A stretch of DNA of 64,000 nt, taken from Macrostomum lignano (Eukaryota). The DNA lies in NCBI GenBank assembly GCA_002269645.1, contig NIVC01001471.1:62001-126000 (forward strand). The letters run 5' to 3'. A program made the translations under genes and the position numbers. Positions 51,401 to 63,946 of this stretch are shown here, piece after piece. Below the pieces are notes generated by a model. The model had not been told where the DNA came from and ran no database searches. It saw nothing but the letters and a program-made list of their open reading frames with translations. The first letter of the stretch is position 1; each line of letters opens with the position of its first letter.

Positions 51401-54400
51401 TAAATTGCGACTCTCGCACAAAGACGCCGTGCATACAGTAGAATTCACCATCATTGAGGAAGACAATACACCTCTATTAGCGACCGACACAGCTGAGAAA
51501 TTAGGCCTGATTCAAATCCTCAACGTAACAAAGACTACAGATAAAGAAGTGCTGACGGAATCAAAGATCTTTAAGGAATACAGCGATGTGTTCGAAGGAA
51601 TTGGATGTCTGCCTGGAGCGCATCACATTTCATTGAGAGAAGGTGCAATACCGAAAGTCCAAGGCCCAAGGAAAGTCCCATTTGCGGCTATGAAGGCCCT
51701 GCGTGAAGAGCTTGACCGTTTGCAGAGCCAAGGAATAATAACGAAATGCGACCAGCCGGCAGATTGGGTGTCCAATGTTGTTATTGTCTGGAAGAAGGAT
51801 AACTCGATTAGACTGTGCTTAGATCCAAAGAATTTAAATGATGATATTGTCAGAAATCGATAGCCCATTCCAACTTATGACGAGATGATTAGCGAGATGA
51901 CAGGAGCAAAATACTTCTCAACATTTGATGCTAAGTCTGGCTTCCATCAAGTTCAGTTGGATCAAGAAAGTTCACTTCTTACTGCATTTCACACTCCGTT
52001 TGGTGTTTACAAATGGAATCGACTAGCTTTTGGTCTAAAGGATGCACCTGAAGCTTACCAAAGGCGCATCAAAGAAGAAGTGACAAGTCAAGTAGAAAAA
52101 TGTGCTAACTACATCGATGACATCATAGTATGGGGAAAGACTCGGGAAGAGCACGACCAAGCAGTTCGAAATCTTTTGGAGCAATGCAGGAAAAAGAACC
52201 TGACTCTGAACAGGCAAAAGACGAGCATTGGCAAAATCGAGCTTCGATTTCTTGGACACATACTAACTGACAAAGGTGTGAAAGTAGATCCACAAAAAGT
52301 AAACAGCATAAAAAAAATGCCGCACCCAAACAGTTTTGAACAGCGTGCTGAAAAGCAAGCGCAGCTCCAACGGTTTATTGGTAGTGCAAATTACTTGTCA
52401 AGATTCATAGCAAACTTTTCTGCACTGACAAGTCCTTTGAGGGAACTCATGAAGAAAGAATCCGAATGGGTGTGGACCAACGACCAAGAAAAGGCGTATC
52501 AAGGAATCAAGCAGTGCCTCTGCGAAGCACCTGTGCTTGCGCCATTTGACCCGAATAAAGACCTAATTTTATCTGTCGACGCCAGCAAAGATGGCTTGGG
52601 AGCAGCACTACTGCAGGAAGGACATGTCATTGAGTATGCATCATCAGCTCTAACATCCGCTCAAAAGAAATATGCCCAGATAGAGAAGGAAATGCTTGCG
52701 ATAGTATTTGGCTGTCGAAGGTTCAGACAGTATCTCTGGGGACGTAGAGTCTCCGTCGAGTCTGACCACAAACCGCTGCAGTATATTATGAAGAAGCCAA
52801 TGGATGAACTATCGGCTAGAATTCAACGTCTGATACTCAAGATCCAAGAATTCGACTTAGACGTGCAATACAAACCGGGAAGATATCTTTATTTGGCTGA
52901 TACATTAAGCCGTGCTTTCTTGCAATCCGTGCATTCGGCGAATGACATAGACTCTGAGCTTGAGAATCAAATCTTGGGTATCCAAAAGGTTTGTCTACCG
53001 GAAGACCTACTTAAGAAGATCCAGGAACACACATATGCAGATTCAACTTGCCATGCGATCAAGAATCTCAGAAACCAATTGCCAGAACAACTAAAGCCTT
53101 TCTGGAATGTTCGTCACGATTTAGCCGAGCACGACAGATTAATTATGAAAACCAGCAAGATATTTATACCACTGACCATGCGCCACGAATTCTTGAACAT
53201 CATTCATGAAGGACATCAAGGCATTGAAAAAACACTGCTAAAAGCAAGAGGATCGGTATACTGGCCTCAGATGCGTCGGGACATCCAGAACTACATAGCA
53301 GCATGCGATGCCTGCCAAAGCAGCCAATCCCGACCACAGAAAGAAACAATCATTCAAAGTCCGCATCCTGATTATCCATTTCAAGAGTGCGCGACTGACC
53401 TGTTCGATTTTAAAGGTCGAAAATTCATAGTTTTAGTGGACAGATACCGCCGATGGATCTGTGCAGATCCATTAAGATCAAATACAGCTGAGTTTGTTAT
53501 CCTGCAATTAAAGAAATATTTCTCCACATTCGGAACACCTGAGAAGTTGCGATGTGACAACGGACCGCCATTCTCGTCCAACGCATTCCAATTATATGCT
53601 AAATCAAGCGGGATAGCGCTTGTAACATCATCACCAAGATATCCACAGTCCAATGGATTAGCGGAGCGAGCTGTGCAAACAGTGAAATTCTTCTTGAGAA
53701 AGAATGAAGACTTTGAAAAAGCAATGCTTCACTACCGTAATACTCCGATTGAGCGTGGGTTACCGACCCCAGCAGAGCTACTGATGGGAAGGAAATTGAG
53801 GTACGAACTACCTGTACCAATAATGGAATTGATACCAAAACGAACATGGACGAAGAATGATTTGTAAACACTGAACGCCATGCGAAGGAAGGACGCGATT
53901 CGCTACAACAGTACAGCTAGGGATTTGAAGCCACTGGAGACTGGAGAGCAAGTCTGGTTGTACGAGGACAAGAGACAGTGGATTCCAGCAGAAATTCGAT
54001 CGCGGGATCATACGGATCCAGAACGATCGTACCAAGTGCAAACTGCTGATGGTAAATGCTACAGAAGGAACCGACGATTTTTAGCACCCAGAGTTGCGAA
54101 CTCCAGACTGTCTGCAATACCGAAACATCTAGCGCTACAGCGACCAGTAGATATCTCAGAGAGTCATCTGAAAGATTCAACTGCATCATCCGGAATTCAG
54201 CCAACTCATGAGCATCCAATAACAAGTAATCCTGCTGAAGATGCTAACCGACAAACGACCAATGCTGACACAAATGCGCCATATGTGACACGATCGGGCC
54301 GTACTGTCAAACAGACGAGATTCTATCAAGCTGTTTAATGATGAATTTTTTTGTTTATGAACAAACTATGCAATTAACGAACAATGTTCTTTTGAAAAAA

Positions 54401-57400
54401 GGGGGATGTGGCAGCCAGCCGCTTTAGTTTCTTATTCATGCATAAATTATTGTCTATGGACAAACTCAAATATACTTGTAAAGGGTGTGTGGCTGCGCCC
54501 ACAGTCTCGCCAAGCGCGAATACTCCTAATACATTCAAACACACAACAGTCATGTAGGGGGGTCATTGCCGTCTCAGTCATGTAGAGGGGCCATTGCCCT
54601 CTCAGTCATGTAGGGGGAGCATTGCCCTCTCAGTCATGTAGGGGGAGCATTGCCCTCTCAGTCATGTAGGGGGGCCATTGCCGTCTCAGTCATCTAGGGA
54701 GGCCATTGCCGTCTCAGTCATCTAGGGAGGCCATTGCCGTCTCAGTCATCTAGGGAGGCCATTGCCCTCTCAGTCATGTAAGGGAGGTCATTGCCCTCTC
54801 AGTCATGTAAGGGAGGTCATTGCCCTCTCAGTCATGTAAGGGAGGTCATTGCCCTCTCAGTCATCTAGGGAGGTCATTGCCCTCTCAGTCATGTAAGGGA
54901 GGTCATTGCCCTCTCAGTCATCTAGGGAGGTCATTGCCCTCTCAGTCATGTAAGGGAGGTCATTGCCCTCTCAGTCATCTAGGGAGGTCATTGCCCTCTC
55001 AGTCATGTAAGGGAGGTCATTGCTCCCTCCGCCATAGAGGGAGGCTCCCTACGCCATGAAGGGAGATCATTGTTCTCTCAATCATGTAGGGGGTAATTTT
55101 GACCCTATCTAAATGAAGCCATTTCACGATAAAAGAGCAAAGAGAACGCTCCCGCGTCACGGAGGCAGACGATTGTGTCCCCATGAAACTGAGAAACTGT
55201 CATTTCCTCATCCTAACAGAGTGCAGCAGGCGCAGCAGCAGCAGCAGCTGATGCGGCAGCGGCGCGGTCTGGTCAGCATGGCTCGCATCGACGCTATCGA
55301 GCGTTTCCTGAACGAGCCGGCGAATCAACTGGCCCGGCGCGAGTCCCTCGACTCGGTCAAGAAGCCCGCCGATTGGGAACTGCGAGTGCCCAAGTGAGCT
55401 TCGTTTATTAATTTAAGCACCAGCTCTTGTTAATACTATCAGTAGGCTAAATAGCGAATTGCGACTAGAATAATTCTACTTGCTCACAACTGCAAACTAT
55501 TTCGGCGATTCGAAAGTTCGGGCTTATGAAAAGTACCCCCGTTTATTTTTTTATGCAGACGGATTCGATCCACACGTCGGCGGAGCCTGCCGCTGAATCT
55601 GAGGGACGATTTTCCGGCTTGGGCAGCTGAGCACGGGTACCGGTGAGCACCGGTTTGCATGAATTTTGGCCCATTATGATGCAGCGAGTCTTCATTTCCA
55701 AGGTTAAGGGGGCTATGAAACTTTCCTTTGTAGCTCTTTAGGGTGCTAAACTTCCATCCAATGTCCATCTTGCATTGGCGCCAAATTTTCCTTTATCACT
55801 CTAAAATGGCGCCAAACCATCCTTCATCACTCTAAAATGGCGCCAAACTATTTATATTCACTCAAAATGGCGCCAAACCATTTATATTCGCTCAAAATGG
55901 CGCCAAACTATTTATATTCACTCAAAATGGCGCCAAACCATTTATATTCACTCGACAATGGCGCGTAACCATTTCTATTCGCTCAAAAATGGCGCCAAAC
56001 CATTTATATTCACTCGACAATGGCACGTAACCATTTCTATTCGCTCAAAAATGGCGCCAAACCGTTTACCTTCACTCGAAAATAGCGCCAAACAATCCTT
56101 CCTCACAAAAAATGGCGCCAAAACATGCTTCCTCACTCGACAATGGCGCCAAAACATGCTTCCTCACTCAAAAATGGCGCCAAACCATTTATATTCACTC
56201 AACAATGGCGCCAAACCATTTCAATTCACTCGACAATGGCGCCAAACCATTTCTATTCGCTCAAAATGGCGCCAAACCGTTTATCTTCACTCGAAAATAG
56301 CGCCAAACCATCGTTCCTACCTCACAAAAAAATGGCGCCAAAACATGCTTTCTCACTCAAAAATGGCGCCAAACCTTCTTTCCGCATTCGAAAATGGCGC
56401 CAAACGATGTTCCCTAGCCTGTACAGGCGCCAGTAATTACAAAGTAGCCGATCTCTGCAACCTTCCCAGCGGAGACGGCGACCCCCGGGACTGGGTGCCG
56501 GCAGTCTGGGACCTCTGGTTTGACGAAGTCTACCCGCCGAGTTCACGCGACGGCGATCGCGAAGTCGGCGCCGACGCCGCCGGTGGCCAATCGCAGAGGC
56601 AGCCGCAGCGACAACGGACGGATTCGGCTACATCGGATTCTGCCGTAACAGACGAACGCGCGCTGTTGAATGACCCGGAGTTCGCGCGAGTCCGTCACGA
56701 CTCGGACAGCAGCTCGGAGGCGCCGTCCGAGCATCCGGTCCAGTTGCCGGAGAAAATCCCGCCAGCTCTGGACGAAATTCCTGAAGCCGATCGGGAAACT
56801 GCGGCAGCCATTCTGGAGCAGGAGGTGGCCAAGCTGACTGCCGACATCGAGGCTGCTGAGCGGCTTGAGAAGCTGCCGAGTGCCTTTCAGCTCTGCCGAC
56901 GGGGTGCCCTGAGGCGCAAGGTTGGTTGACTGCGCTTATTTCTAACAGCATGTTCGTGCTGTTACACATTCAGGTGCTACCTGTTACACATTCAGGTGCT
57001 ATCTGTTACACATTCAGGTGCTGCCTGTTACACATTCAGGTGCTACCTGTTACACATTCAGGTGCTATCTGTTACACATTCAGGTGCTACCTGTTACACA
57101 TTCAGGTGCTATCTGTTACACATTCAGGTGCTACCTGTTACACATTCAGGTGCTGCGTATTAGACATTCAGGTGCTATCTGTTACACAATCAGGTGCTGC
57201 GTGTTAGACATTCTGGTGCTGCCTGTTAGACATTCTGGTGCTACCTGTTACACATTCTGGTGCTGCCTGTTACACATTCAGGTGCTACCTGTTAGGCACA
57301 TGTTAGTCAGGTCGGGGTGCAGCCTTCGTGAGAAACAGGCTTCAAAAGCCTCGAATTCCGAATTGGGATGCAGAATTACTCAGCCTGTGAATCCGGCCGA

Positions 57401-60400
57401 TTTCTCCTAAATCAGCCATCCCCCGCTTCCTTAACACCGCGGCATTTCGTCTCAGTGCCAGGCTTTTCCGTCTCACCGGCTCTGCTCAGAAAAGACGGCT
57501 TTTAATTAAAGGCGCGTCAGCGAGCAAGCCGAGCACACGGGCCTTGAGCTTGTCTTTGAGCTTTGAGCTTGTCTGCAGCTCGCTCAGAGTCATATACTCT
57601 CTGTGGGAGGAACCGAAGACGCCCGGGCGGTTCTCAATCCGTTTCCCTCCCGCTCGCCGTCTCCCCTCCACCCCCGCAGCGGCGCCGCGCCTTCTCCTGA
57701 CTTGATCGGCAGCGTCTACATTCCCTCCCTGAGTCCTCGAGCGCCCGATAATCCCGACCTACCATTTAAATCCCTTCGATTCTGCTGGGGGAGCGGGCTT
57801 CAGGCTATAGAACACTCTGTCTCTGTCCTATTGCTAGAGTTAAATCTTCTCACGAAATTGTTGAAAGCAGGAGTGATATTACTGATGACTGCATGCTGAC
57901 TTGATCTGTGCGCCCTGCCCTTAGAAACTCGACGCTTCTATGCAAGCTATTTATGACTTCACACTCGGGAATCTCAACAAATAGCAATCTCACCCTCTAG
58001 TCTAAAATCTCACCTTCTAGAATCTCACCCTTTATAATCCTACCCTTTCAAATTTTTCCTGTAGAATCTCACCCTCTAGAATCTTACCCTCTAGAATCTT
58101 ACCCTCTTGAATCTTACCCTCTTGAATCTTACCCTCTAGAATCTTACCCTCTTGAATCTTATCCTCTAGAATCTTATCCTCTAGAATCTTACCCTCTTGA
58201 ATCTTATCCTCTAGAATCCTACTGTCTAGAATCTTACCCTCTTGAATCTTATCCTCTTGAATCTTACCCTCTTGAATCTTATCCTCTAGAATCCTACTGT
58301 CTAGAATCTTACCCTCTTGAATCTTATCCTCTTGAATCTCACCCTCTAGAATCTTACCCTCTAGAATCTTACCCTCTTGAATCTTACCCTCTTGAATCTT
58401 ATCCTCTAGAATCCTACTGTCTTGAATCTTACCCTCTTGAATCTTATCCTCTTGAATCTCACCCTCTAGAATCTTACCCTCTAGAATCTTACCCTCTTGA
58501 ATCTTACCCTCTTGAATCTTATCCTCTAGAATCTTATCGTCTAGAATCTAATCCTTGAATCTCATCCTCTAGAATCCTACTCTCTAGAATCTGACACTTT
58601 AGAATCTCACTCTTTAGAATCCCACCCTTTAGAATCTTATCCCCTCTAGAATCTCACCCTCTAGAATCTCACCATTTAACAGCCCAACCTTAAGAATCTC
58701 ACCCTCTAGAATCTCACCCTCTAGAATCTTACCCTTTAGAATCTACCCTTTCGAATCTCAGCCTTTAGAATCTCAACCTTTAAAATCTCAGCCTTCAGAA
58801 TCTCACTATTAGAATCTACAGAATCACGCAACCTACAGACTTACAAATTTTTAAGAGATTCAATTATAACAACCCTCGTCGCACCCGCAGCTGGGCTACT
58901 TACGCGGGGCTCGAGAAGATCTGGACAGGTGCATCGGTCAGGAGCCCCGGTACCTGGATGCTTACTGGCACCGACACCTGCTGAAGGTGCTTGAGAACCG
59001 CCTGTCCGGGGCTCTAGATGACTTGAACGTGTTGCTGAAGCACACCAAAGATAACGCCAGCGCCTACAAGGCCAGGGCTGAAATCTATCGCAAGAAAAAT
59101 GACGTCACCATGGCTATTATAAATTACGGTCAGGCCATCAAGCTCAACCCGAGCGATGCCGACTGCTACCACAAGAGAGCTGGACTGTACGAGAAGGTGA
59201 CTGCTCAGTCTCACAGTTGCATTTGCTTTGACTGGGATTCACTGCGAAACACTTATTTCTCTTCTCTCTTCCAGTTCTCTTCTCCTCTCCTCTCCTCTTT
59301 TCTCATCTCCTCTCCTCTCCTGCCCTCTCCTCTCTTCTAGTTCTCATCTCCTCTCATCTCCTCTCCTCTCCTCTCCTCTCCTCTCATCTCCTCTCATCTC
59401 CTGTCCTATCCTCTCCTATCCTCTCCTATCCTCTCCTCTCCTCTCCTATCCTTTCCTCTCCTCTCCTCTCCTCTCCTCTTCTAGTTCTCATCTCCTCTCT
59501 TCTAGTTCTCATCTCCTCTCTTCTAGTTCTCATCTCATCTCCTCTCCTCTCCTCTCCTCTCCTTTCCTCTCCTCTCCTCTCCTCTCCTCTCCTCTCCTCT
59601 CCTCTCCTCTCCTCTCCTCTCATCCCCTCTCATCTCATCTCATCTCATCTCCTATTCTCTCCTCTCCTCTCCTCTCCTATTCTCTCCTCTCCTCTCCTCT
59701 CATCTCTTCTCCTCTCCTCTCTAGTGCTGCGCCACTCCAATCATACTCAATGCAAAATGTTCTATTTTCAGCGAGGCGAGATGCGCTTGGCCCTGGAGGA
59801 CTACTCCATGGCTAGCAAGCTGAGTCCGGACAAGACGGACGCTTTGTTTAAGCACGGATTGTATTACTTCCAGAATGAGTAAGCGGCTTATCGCGTTTAG
59901 TAACTTTCCGGATTTAGACGGTTTTTTGATGACGTCACCACGTCCTCAAACGCATTTTTTATTCCGAGATGATGGCGTCATTTTTTTCAAAAGATATGAC
60001 GTCATTTTCCCCTTTAATGGTGACGTCAGTCTGTAATTTTATGCCTGTGTCATTCTCCTTGTTCTGTGAGACGTCGTTTTCAGATGCTATGCCGTCACTT
60101 TGAGTCTTAGATGATGACGTCTTTCTTCTCATTTCTGTTATGCGTCGCACTTCACAGACAGTGGCAATTCGCCATCAACGACTTCACTGAGCTGCTCACC
60201 CGCGATCCCAAGGACTCTCGCGCCTACACCTACATTGGGCGTTGCTACGCCAAGCTGCAGCAGATGATACCCGCTGTGCAAGCGTTCTCATCCGCCATCC
60301 ATCTCAATCCGTACAACTGGATCGCCTTCTATCACCGAGGCCGCCTGCTCAGGCGAGCTCAGCCTGATAAAGCGCTGCGCGACCTTTCAATCTCAGTGAT

Positions 60401-63400
60401 GCTCAACGAGGACGTTGAGAATGCTATGGCTTTCATGTATCGGGGCATTCTCTACTGCGAGATGGACAGGTGAATAACTGCGCGAATTGAAATTACAGCC
60501 AATTAGAAACCAGTCAGTGTGAATGTGCAAATTCTCCTAGCCAATGTTCATTGGGGTAGAGGGCTAAAACTCCAGCCAAATAGAAACCAGTCAGTGTGAA
60601 TGTGCAAATTCTCCTAGCCAATGTTCATTGGGGTAGGGGGCTAAAACTCCAGCCAACCAGAAACGAGCCAGTGTGAATGTGCAAATTCTCATAGCCAATG
60701 TACATACACATGTAGGGGTGGTGGGGTAAAACTCCAGCCAATCAGAGATCCGAAATCGGTTTACTAAACGTAACTAAAAATAAGGAGTGTTTAAAAAATT
60801 ATGTTAGAAACTGACAGCAAGGTGACGTCAAATGGCACAATTTCAATCGAATTTCAATCCAGACCAGAAGATGCCATTCCGGATTTCGAGACCCTGGTCC
60901 GTCTGAGACAGGACATCCCCTGCGCTCACGTCAACCTTGGGCTGGTCTACCACCACACGGATCGGCACCACCTGTAAGCTATCCATACCACGCCTTGGAA
61001 CTGATATGAGTAAACTTGAATTTCGTTTTACTTAGCTCGCATGGACCGCTTATGCTTCCGCAGGGCGATTCATCACTACAGCGCCGCAATCAACGTGGAC
61101 CCGACCTACATCCGGGCAGTGCGTTGCCGAGTTGACGCCTTTGTAGCTATGCGAGAGGTTTGGAAAATTGCTTGGAAAACGAATTCATTAATTATTCATT
61201 AATCTCTTGGATTGTTTTGTTTGAGCAAAATCAAATTCATCCCAGAATTAATTTGTAACGTCTGTGAAGCTGTGAAGTTGGAAAAGTACAATCTAAAGCA
61301 ACATTTTTTCTACGCATTAGTGTGCACATTCTCAGGGGTCCTTCTCGCATAGGCCTCTGGCCAATACACAGGCAATTTGTACTCGAATTTTCAGTACCGC
61401 AACGCCCTGCTAGACATAACTCGGTGCATCCACATGAACCCGATGGACCCGTCGTACTACATGGTCAGGGGCGAAATTCTTCTCAAGATGGGCAACCTCG
61501 ACATGGCGGCCTTCTGCGTGCGGTAAGTCATCCAAACTGACGTCTGAATATTGAAGCCTTATTGAACTCAAGCCTCAAGCCTCAAGCCATTTTATTGTCT
61601 TCCAGTCTGACCATCCTGTGAAATAGCATCGTGACTCAACTATAGCTTTGTTATGCAATAGTAAGGCTTGAGGATAAATTTTCTATAAAATTACTTGTCG
61701 CTACTGAATGTGACTCTGACTAGCGCATATGTCAATTCACCGTTTTATAGGCACTAGTCACTCGCTCTAATTACTCGAAACTAATGAACGTATTATATTC
61801 ACGCATAATGACATTTACGTTCCATGCCATTTGACTCTCAAAGTCTTTCACTCTCACTCTAACTACAAGAGTTCAGTCTCCGGTGTCACCCATCACCCGT
61901 TGCTTAATCCTCCTCTCTCGCCAGCCACTCGGCCGCAATGAACCACGGTCGCCGGTCGGCAGAAGGCGCCAGTCCCACTCAGCGAGCTCTTGTGCTCAGC
62001 TTCCTCGGCCAGTTTGACGAGGCCATCAGGGTGCTGGCAGAGGAGGCTCGGTTCAGGCCCGGCAAGGACATCCTGTTCCTGCTGGGCAAGACTCAGATGA
62101 AGGCCAAGCGGTTTGCTGATGCGGCTGGCAGTTTCCAGGAGTGCCTGGAGATTCTGGTAAGATGGCTGCTCGTGTGAATTTTTTGTTTGCTTGTTAACCC
62201 ATGACAAACAATTGACTCAAAGTTTAGTATTTTACATTGAGTTTGAGCATTGAGTCTGAGCATTGATAATTGAGCATTGAGTCTGAGCATTGAGTCTGGG
62301 CATTGAGTCTCAGCATTGAGTCTGAGCAATTGATAATTGAGCATTGAGTCTGAGCATTGAGTCTGGGCATTGAGTCTCAGCATTGAGTCTGAGCAATTGA
62401 TAATTGAGCATTGAGTCTGAGCATTGAGCCTGGGCATTGAGTCTCAGCATTGAGTCTGAGCAATTGATAATTGAGCATTGAGTCTGAGCATTGAGCCTGG
62501 GCATTGAGTCTCAGCATTGAGTCTGAGCAATTGATAATTGAGCATTGAGTCTGAGCATTGATAATTGAGCATTGAGTCTGAGCATTGAGCCTGGGAATTG
62601 AGTCTCAGCATTGAGTCTGAGCAATTGATAATTGAGCATTGAGTCTGAGCATTGAGCCTGGGAATTGAGTCTCAGCATTGAGTCTGAGCATTGATAATTG
62701 AGCATTGAGTCTGAGCATTGAGCCTGGGAATTGAGTCTCAGCATTGAGTCTGAGCAATTGATAATTGAGTATTGAGTCTGAGCATTGATAATTGAGTATT
62801 GAGTCTAAGCATTGATAATTGAGAATTTGAGTCTGAGCATTGAGTCTGAGCATTGATAATTGAGAATTTGAGTCTGAGCATTGAGTCTGAGCATTGATAA
62901 TTGAGAATTTGAGTCTGAGCATTGAGTCTGAGCATTGATAATTGAGAATTTGAGTCTGAGCATTGAGTCTGAGCATTGATAATTGAGAATTTGAGTCTGA
63001 GCATTGAGTCTGAGCATTGATAATTGAGAATTTGAGTCTGAGCATTGATAATTGAGAATTTGAGTCTGAGCATTGAGTCTGAGCATTGATAATTGAGAAT
63101 CGAGTCTGAGCATTGATAATTGAGAATCGAGTCTGAGCATTGATAATTGAGAATCGAGTCTGAGCATTGATAATTGAGAATCGAGTCTGAGCATTGATAA
63201 TTGAGAATCGAGTCTGAGCATTGATAATTGAGCATTGAGCAAACCGAAGGCGATGCTATCTCAGGAGTCCATTCTATTCTGGGATAATTTTTTCAGAAAA
63301 AATCCGCATACAAGTTCGATCGGGTAAAGCCACAGGTTTTCCTCATTTCTAGCCAACTGCTGGCCTTTTTTAATTGCTGAGACTGGTTTTGATCGTTCTT

Positions 63401-63946
63401 TCATTCGACTAACATCTATAGCACTAATCTATTCTTCAGCGTACTTTCTGCTAAGATTATTTTTCTCAAATTTTTAAGCTGACAGAATTTAACACCGTCA
63501 AGTTACTGTATTCAACGACTCATTTGGAAAGTTCTGATGTTCTACCAAGTGGAATTTTCCCGCTTTGACAATTTTCTCAGCCATGAGGGCCAACCCCCAA
63601 GGCACAGAGAATGTACGTGCCTGACGATTGAAAAGTCAGCTCCGCTGTACACCCTGAGTGAGCGAGTGTGAGCTGTAATCAATTCTAGATCTGATCTGTT
63701 CACTTATAGAAAACTGTTTCTTTTTATTAAAATTTTATGCGATCAACTCAAGAATCCATCACAAACCTGACTCCGATTTCGTGTGCTTTGCAGAAGCCTT
63801 GGGGTGGCGACAAAAAGCTGGTGTGGCCCAAAGAGGCCGCCCAGGTGCACTACCTCATCGGCGACTGTCACACGGCGCTGCAGAACTACGGAGAAGGGCT
63901 GGAGTCCTACACTGCCGCTCTGGCCATCGACTCCGGCTTCGCTGAT
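39426..63946 (+). CDS. TTC6: Tetratricopeptide repeat protein 6-like, continues beyond the right edge. Exons 39426-40604, 41401-41538, 44475-45313, 46793-46872, 46948-47108, 47646-47862, 48335-48401, 55220-55393, 56434-56920, 58891-59196, 59772-59878, 60158-60469, 60863-60973, 61064-61157, 61395-61522, 61925-62156, 63794-63946.
   Basis: TPR exons read LDAYWHRHL..ALDDLN..SAYKARAEIYRKKNDVTMAIINYGQAIKLNP, NWIAFYHRGRLLRRAQPDKALRDLSIS, SPTQRALVLSFLGQ and KPW..WPKEAAQVHYLIG, as I recall for TTC6. The whole chain of GT-AG junctions is phase-compatible. The low-complexity N-terminal exons are less certain than the TPR exons. Confidence 0.8.
40983..41243 (+). mobile_element. hAT-type MITE with internal GA-rich tract, copy 2
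   Basis: CAGGGGTTGGCAAACTTT ... CTGACCCTG. Flanks CCTTAAGA and CCTTAATG form an imperfect 8-bp TSD. Confidence 0.8.
42785..43504 (-). CDS. Candidate nested antisense orphan gene, about 200 aa, Ser-rich with two hydrophobic segments. Exons 43504-43187 and 43069-42785.
   Basis: ATAATGG start context with an upstream acceptor. A canonical 117-bp phase-0 intron (ATG|GTAAGT...TTTTTAG|CAG) joins two open frames in frame. No homology recognised. Confidence 0.5.
45375..46670. repeat. GC-rich compound minisatellite (CAAGGAGAGCGCCCCGCCC / CAAGTAGAGTGCCTCCCC) in a TTC6 intron
   Basis: Directly visible. It is the source of the GGALSLG-type ORFs. Confidence 0.95.
47176..47572 (-). mobile_element. hAT-type MITE with internal CT/GA tract, copy 3 (opposite orientation)
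   Basis: CAGGGTTCGGCAAAG ... GTTTGCGGTCAACCCTG. TSD CTCTAAAG / CTCTAAAA matches at 7/8 positions. Confidence 0.82.
49620..50064. repeat. 29-31 bp minisatellite (GGGTCATTGCCCTTCCAGTCATCATGAATTA), left part, interrupted by the LTR element
   Basis: Tandem units that continue after the element at 54549. Confidence 0.93.
50065..54548 (+). mobile_element. Ty3/Gypsy LTR retrotransposon, Mag-like, 4484 bp, full-length but coding-defective
   Basis: Identical 142-bp LTRs TG...CA (50065-50206 and 54407-54548), 5-bp TSD GTCAT, PBS TGGTGTCAGAGGT (tRNA-Leu type) at 50207, and PPT GAAAAAAGGGGGA at 54394-54406. Confidence 0.96.
50278..54338 (+). pseudogene. gag-pol polyprotein with a frameshift near 50865 and in-frame stops at 51861-51863 and 53865-53867
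   Basis: Gag double zinc knuckle (CRYCGKNH..C..CLNCGQKNHFKAMC), protease KIDTGAD, RT YIDD, RNase H DASKDGLGA/ESDHKPL, and integrase HEGH..CDAC, TDLF, CDNGPPF, SNGLAERAVQ. The ORFs 50892, 51885 and 53880 are all in one frame. Confidence 0.92.
54549..55085. repeat. 29-bp minisatellite (GGGAGGTCATTGCCCTCTCAGTCATGTAA), right part
   Basis: Continuation of the array split by the LTR element. Confidence 0.93.
55777..56405. repeat. About 30-bp degenerate minisatellite with invariant core AATGGCGCCAAA
   Basis: About 20 units. Confidence 0.92.
56957..57296. repeat. 22-bp minisatellite CTGTTACACATTCAGGTGCTAC
   Basis: About 15 units visible. Confidence 0.94.
57990..58820. repeat. 15-bp minisatellite GAATCTTACCCTCT[AT]
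   Basis: About 50 degenerate units. Confidence 0.94.
59262..59722. repeat. CT-rich simple repeat (CTCTC)n
   Basis: Low-complexity pyrimidine tract in a TTC6 intron. Confidence 0.93.
60497..60745. repeat. About 77-bp tandem repeat, 3 copies, each with two AGCCAA(T) motifs
   Basis: Repeated AGCCAAxxAGAAACCAGTCAGTGTGAATGTGCAAATTCTCCTAGCCAATG. Confidence 0.85.
62225..63240. repeat. Compound minisatellite of GAGCATTGAGTCT and GATAATTGAG units
   Basis: Directly visible. It is the source of the MLRLNAQ and NYQCSDS ORFs. Confidence 0.95.

Noticed and set aside
55958-56433. N-terminal part of the 323-aa ORF (MAPNHF-like repeats)
   Set aside because: It is minisatellite-derived. Only 56434-56920 behaves as a real exon, with a phase-2 acceptor.
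59228-59815. 195-aa LLSSP ORF, and similar ORFs at 15303, 41002 and 47267
   Set aside because: CT/GA low-complexity tracts.
62093-63242. Several MLRLNAQ / NYQCSDS ORFs
   Set aside because: Compound satellite within a TTC6 intron.
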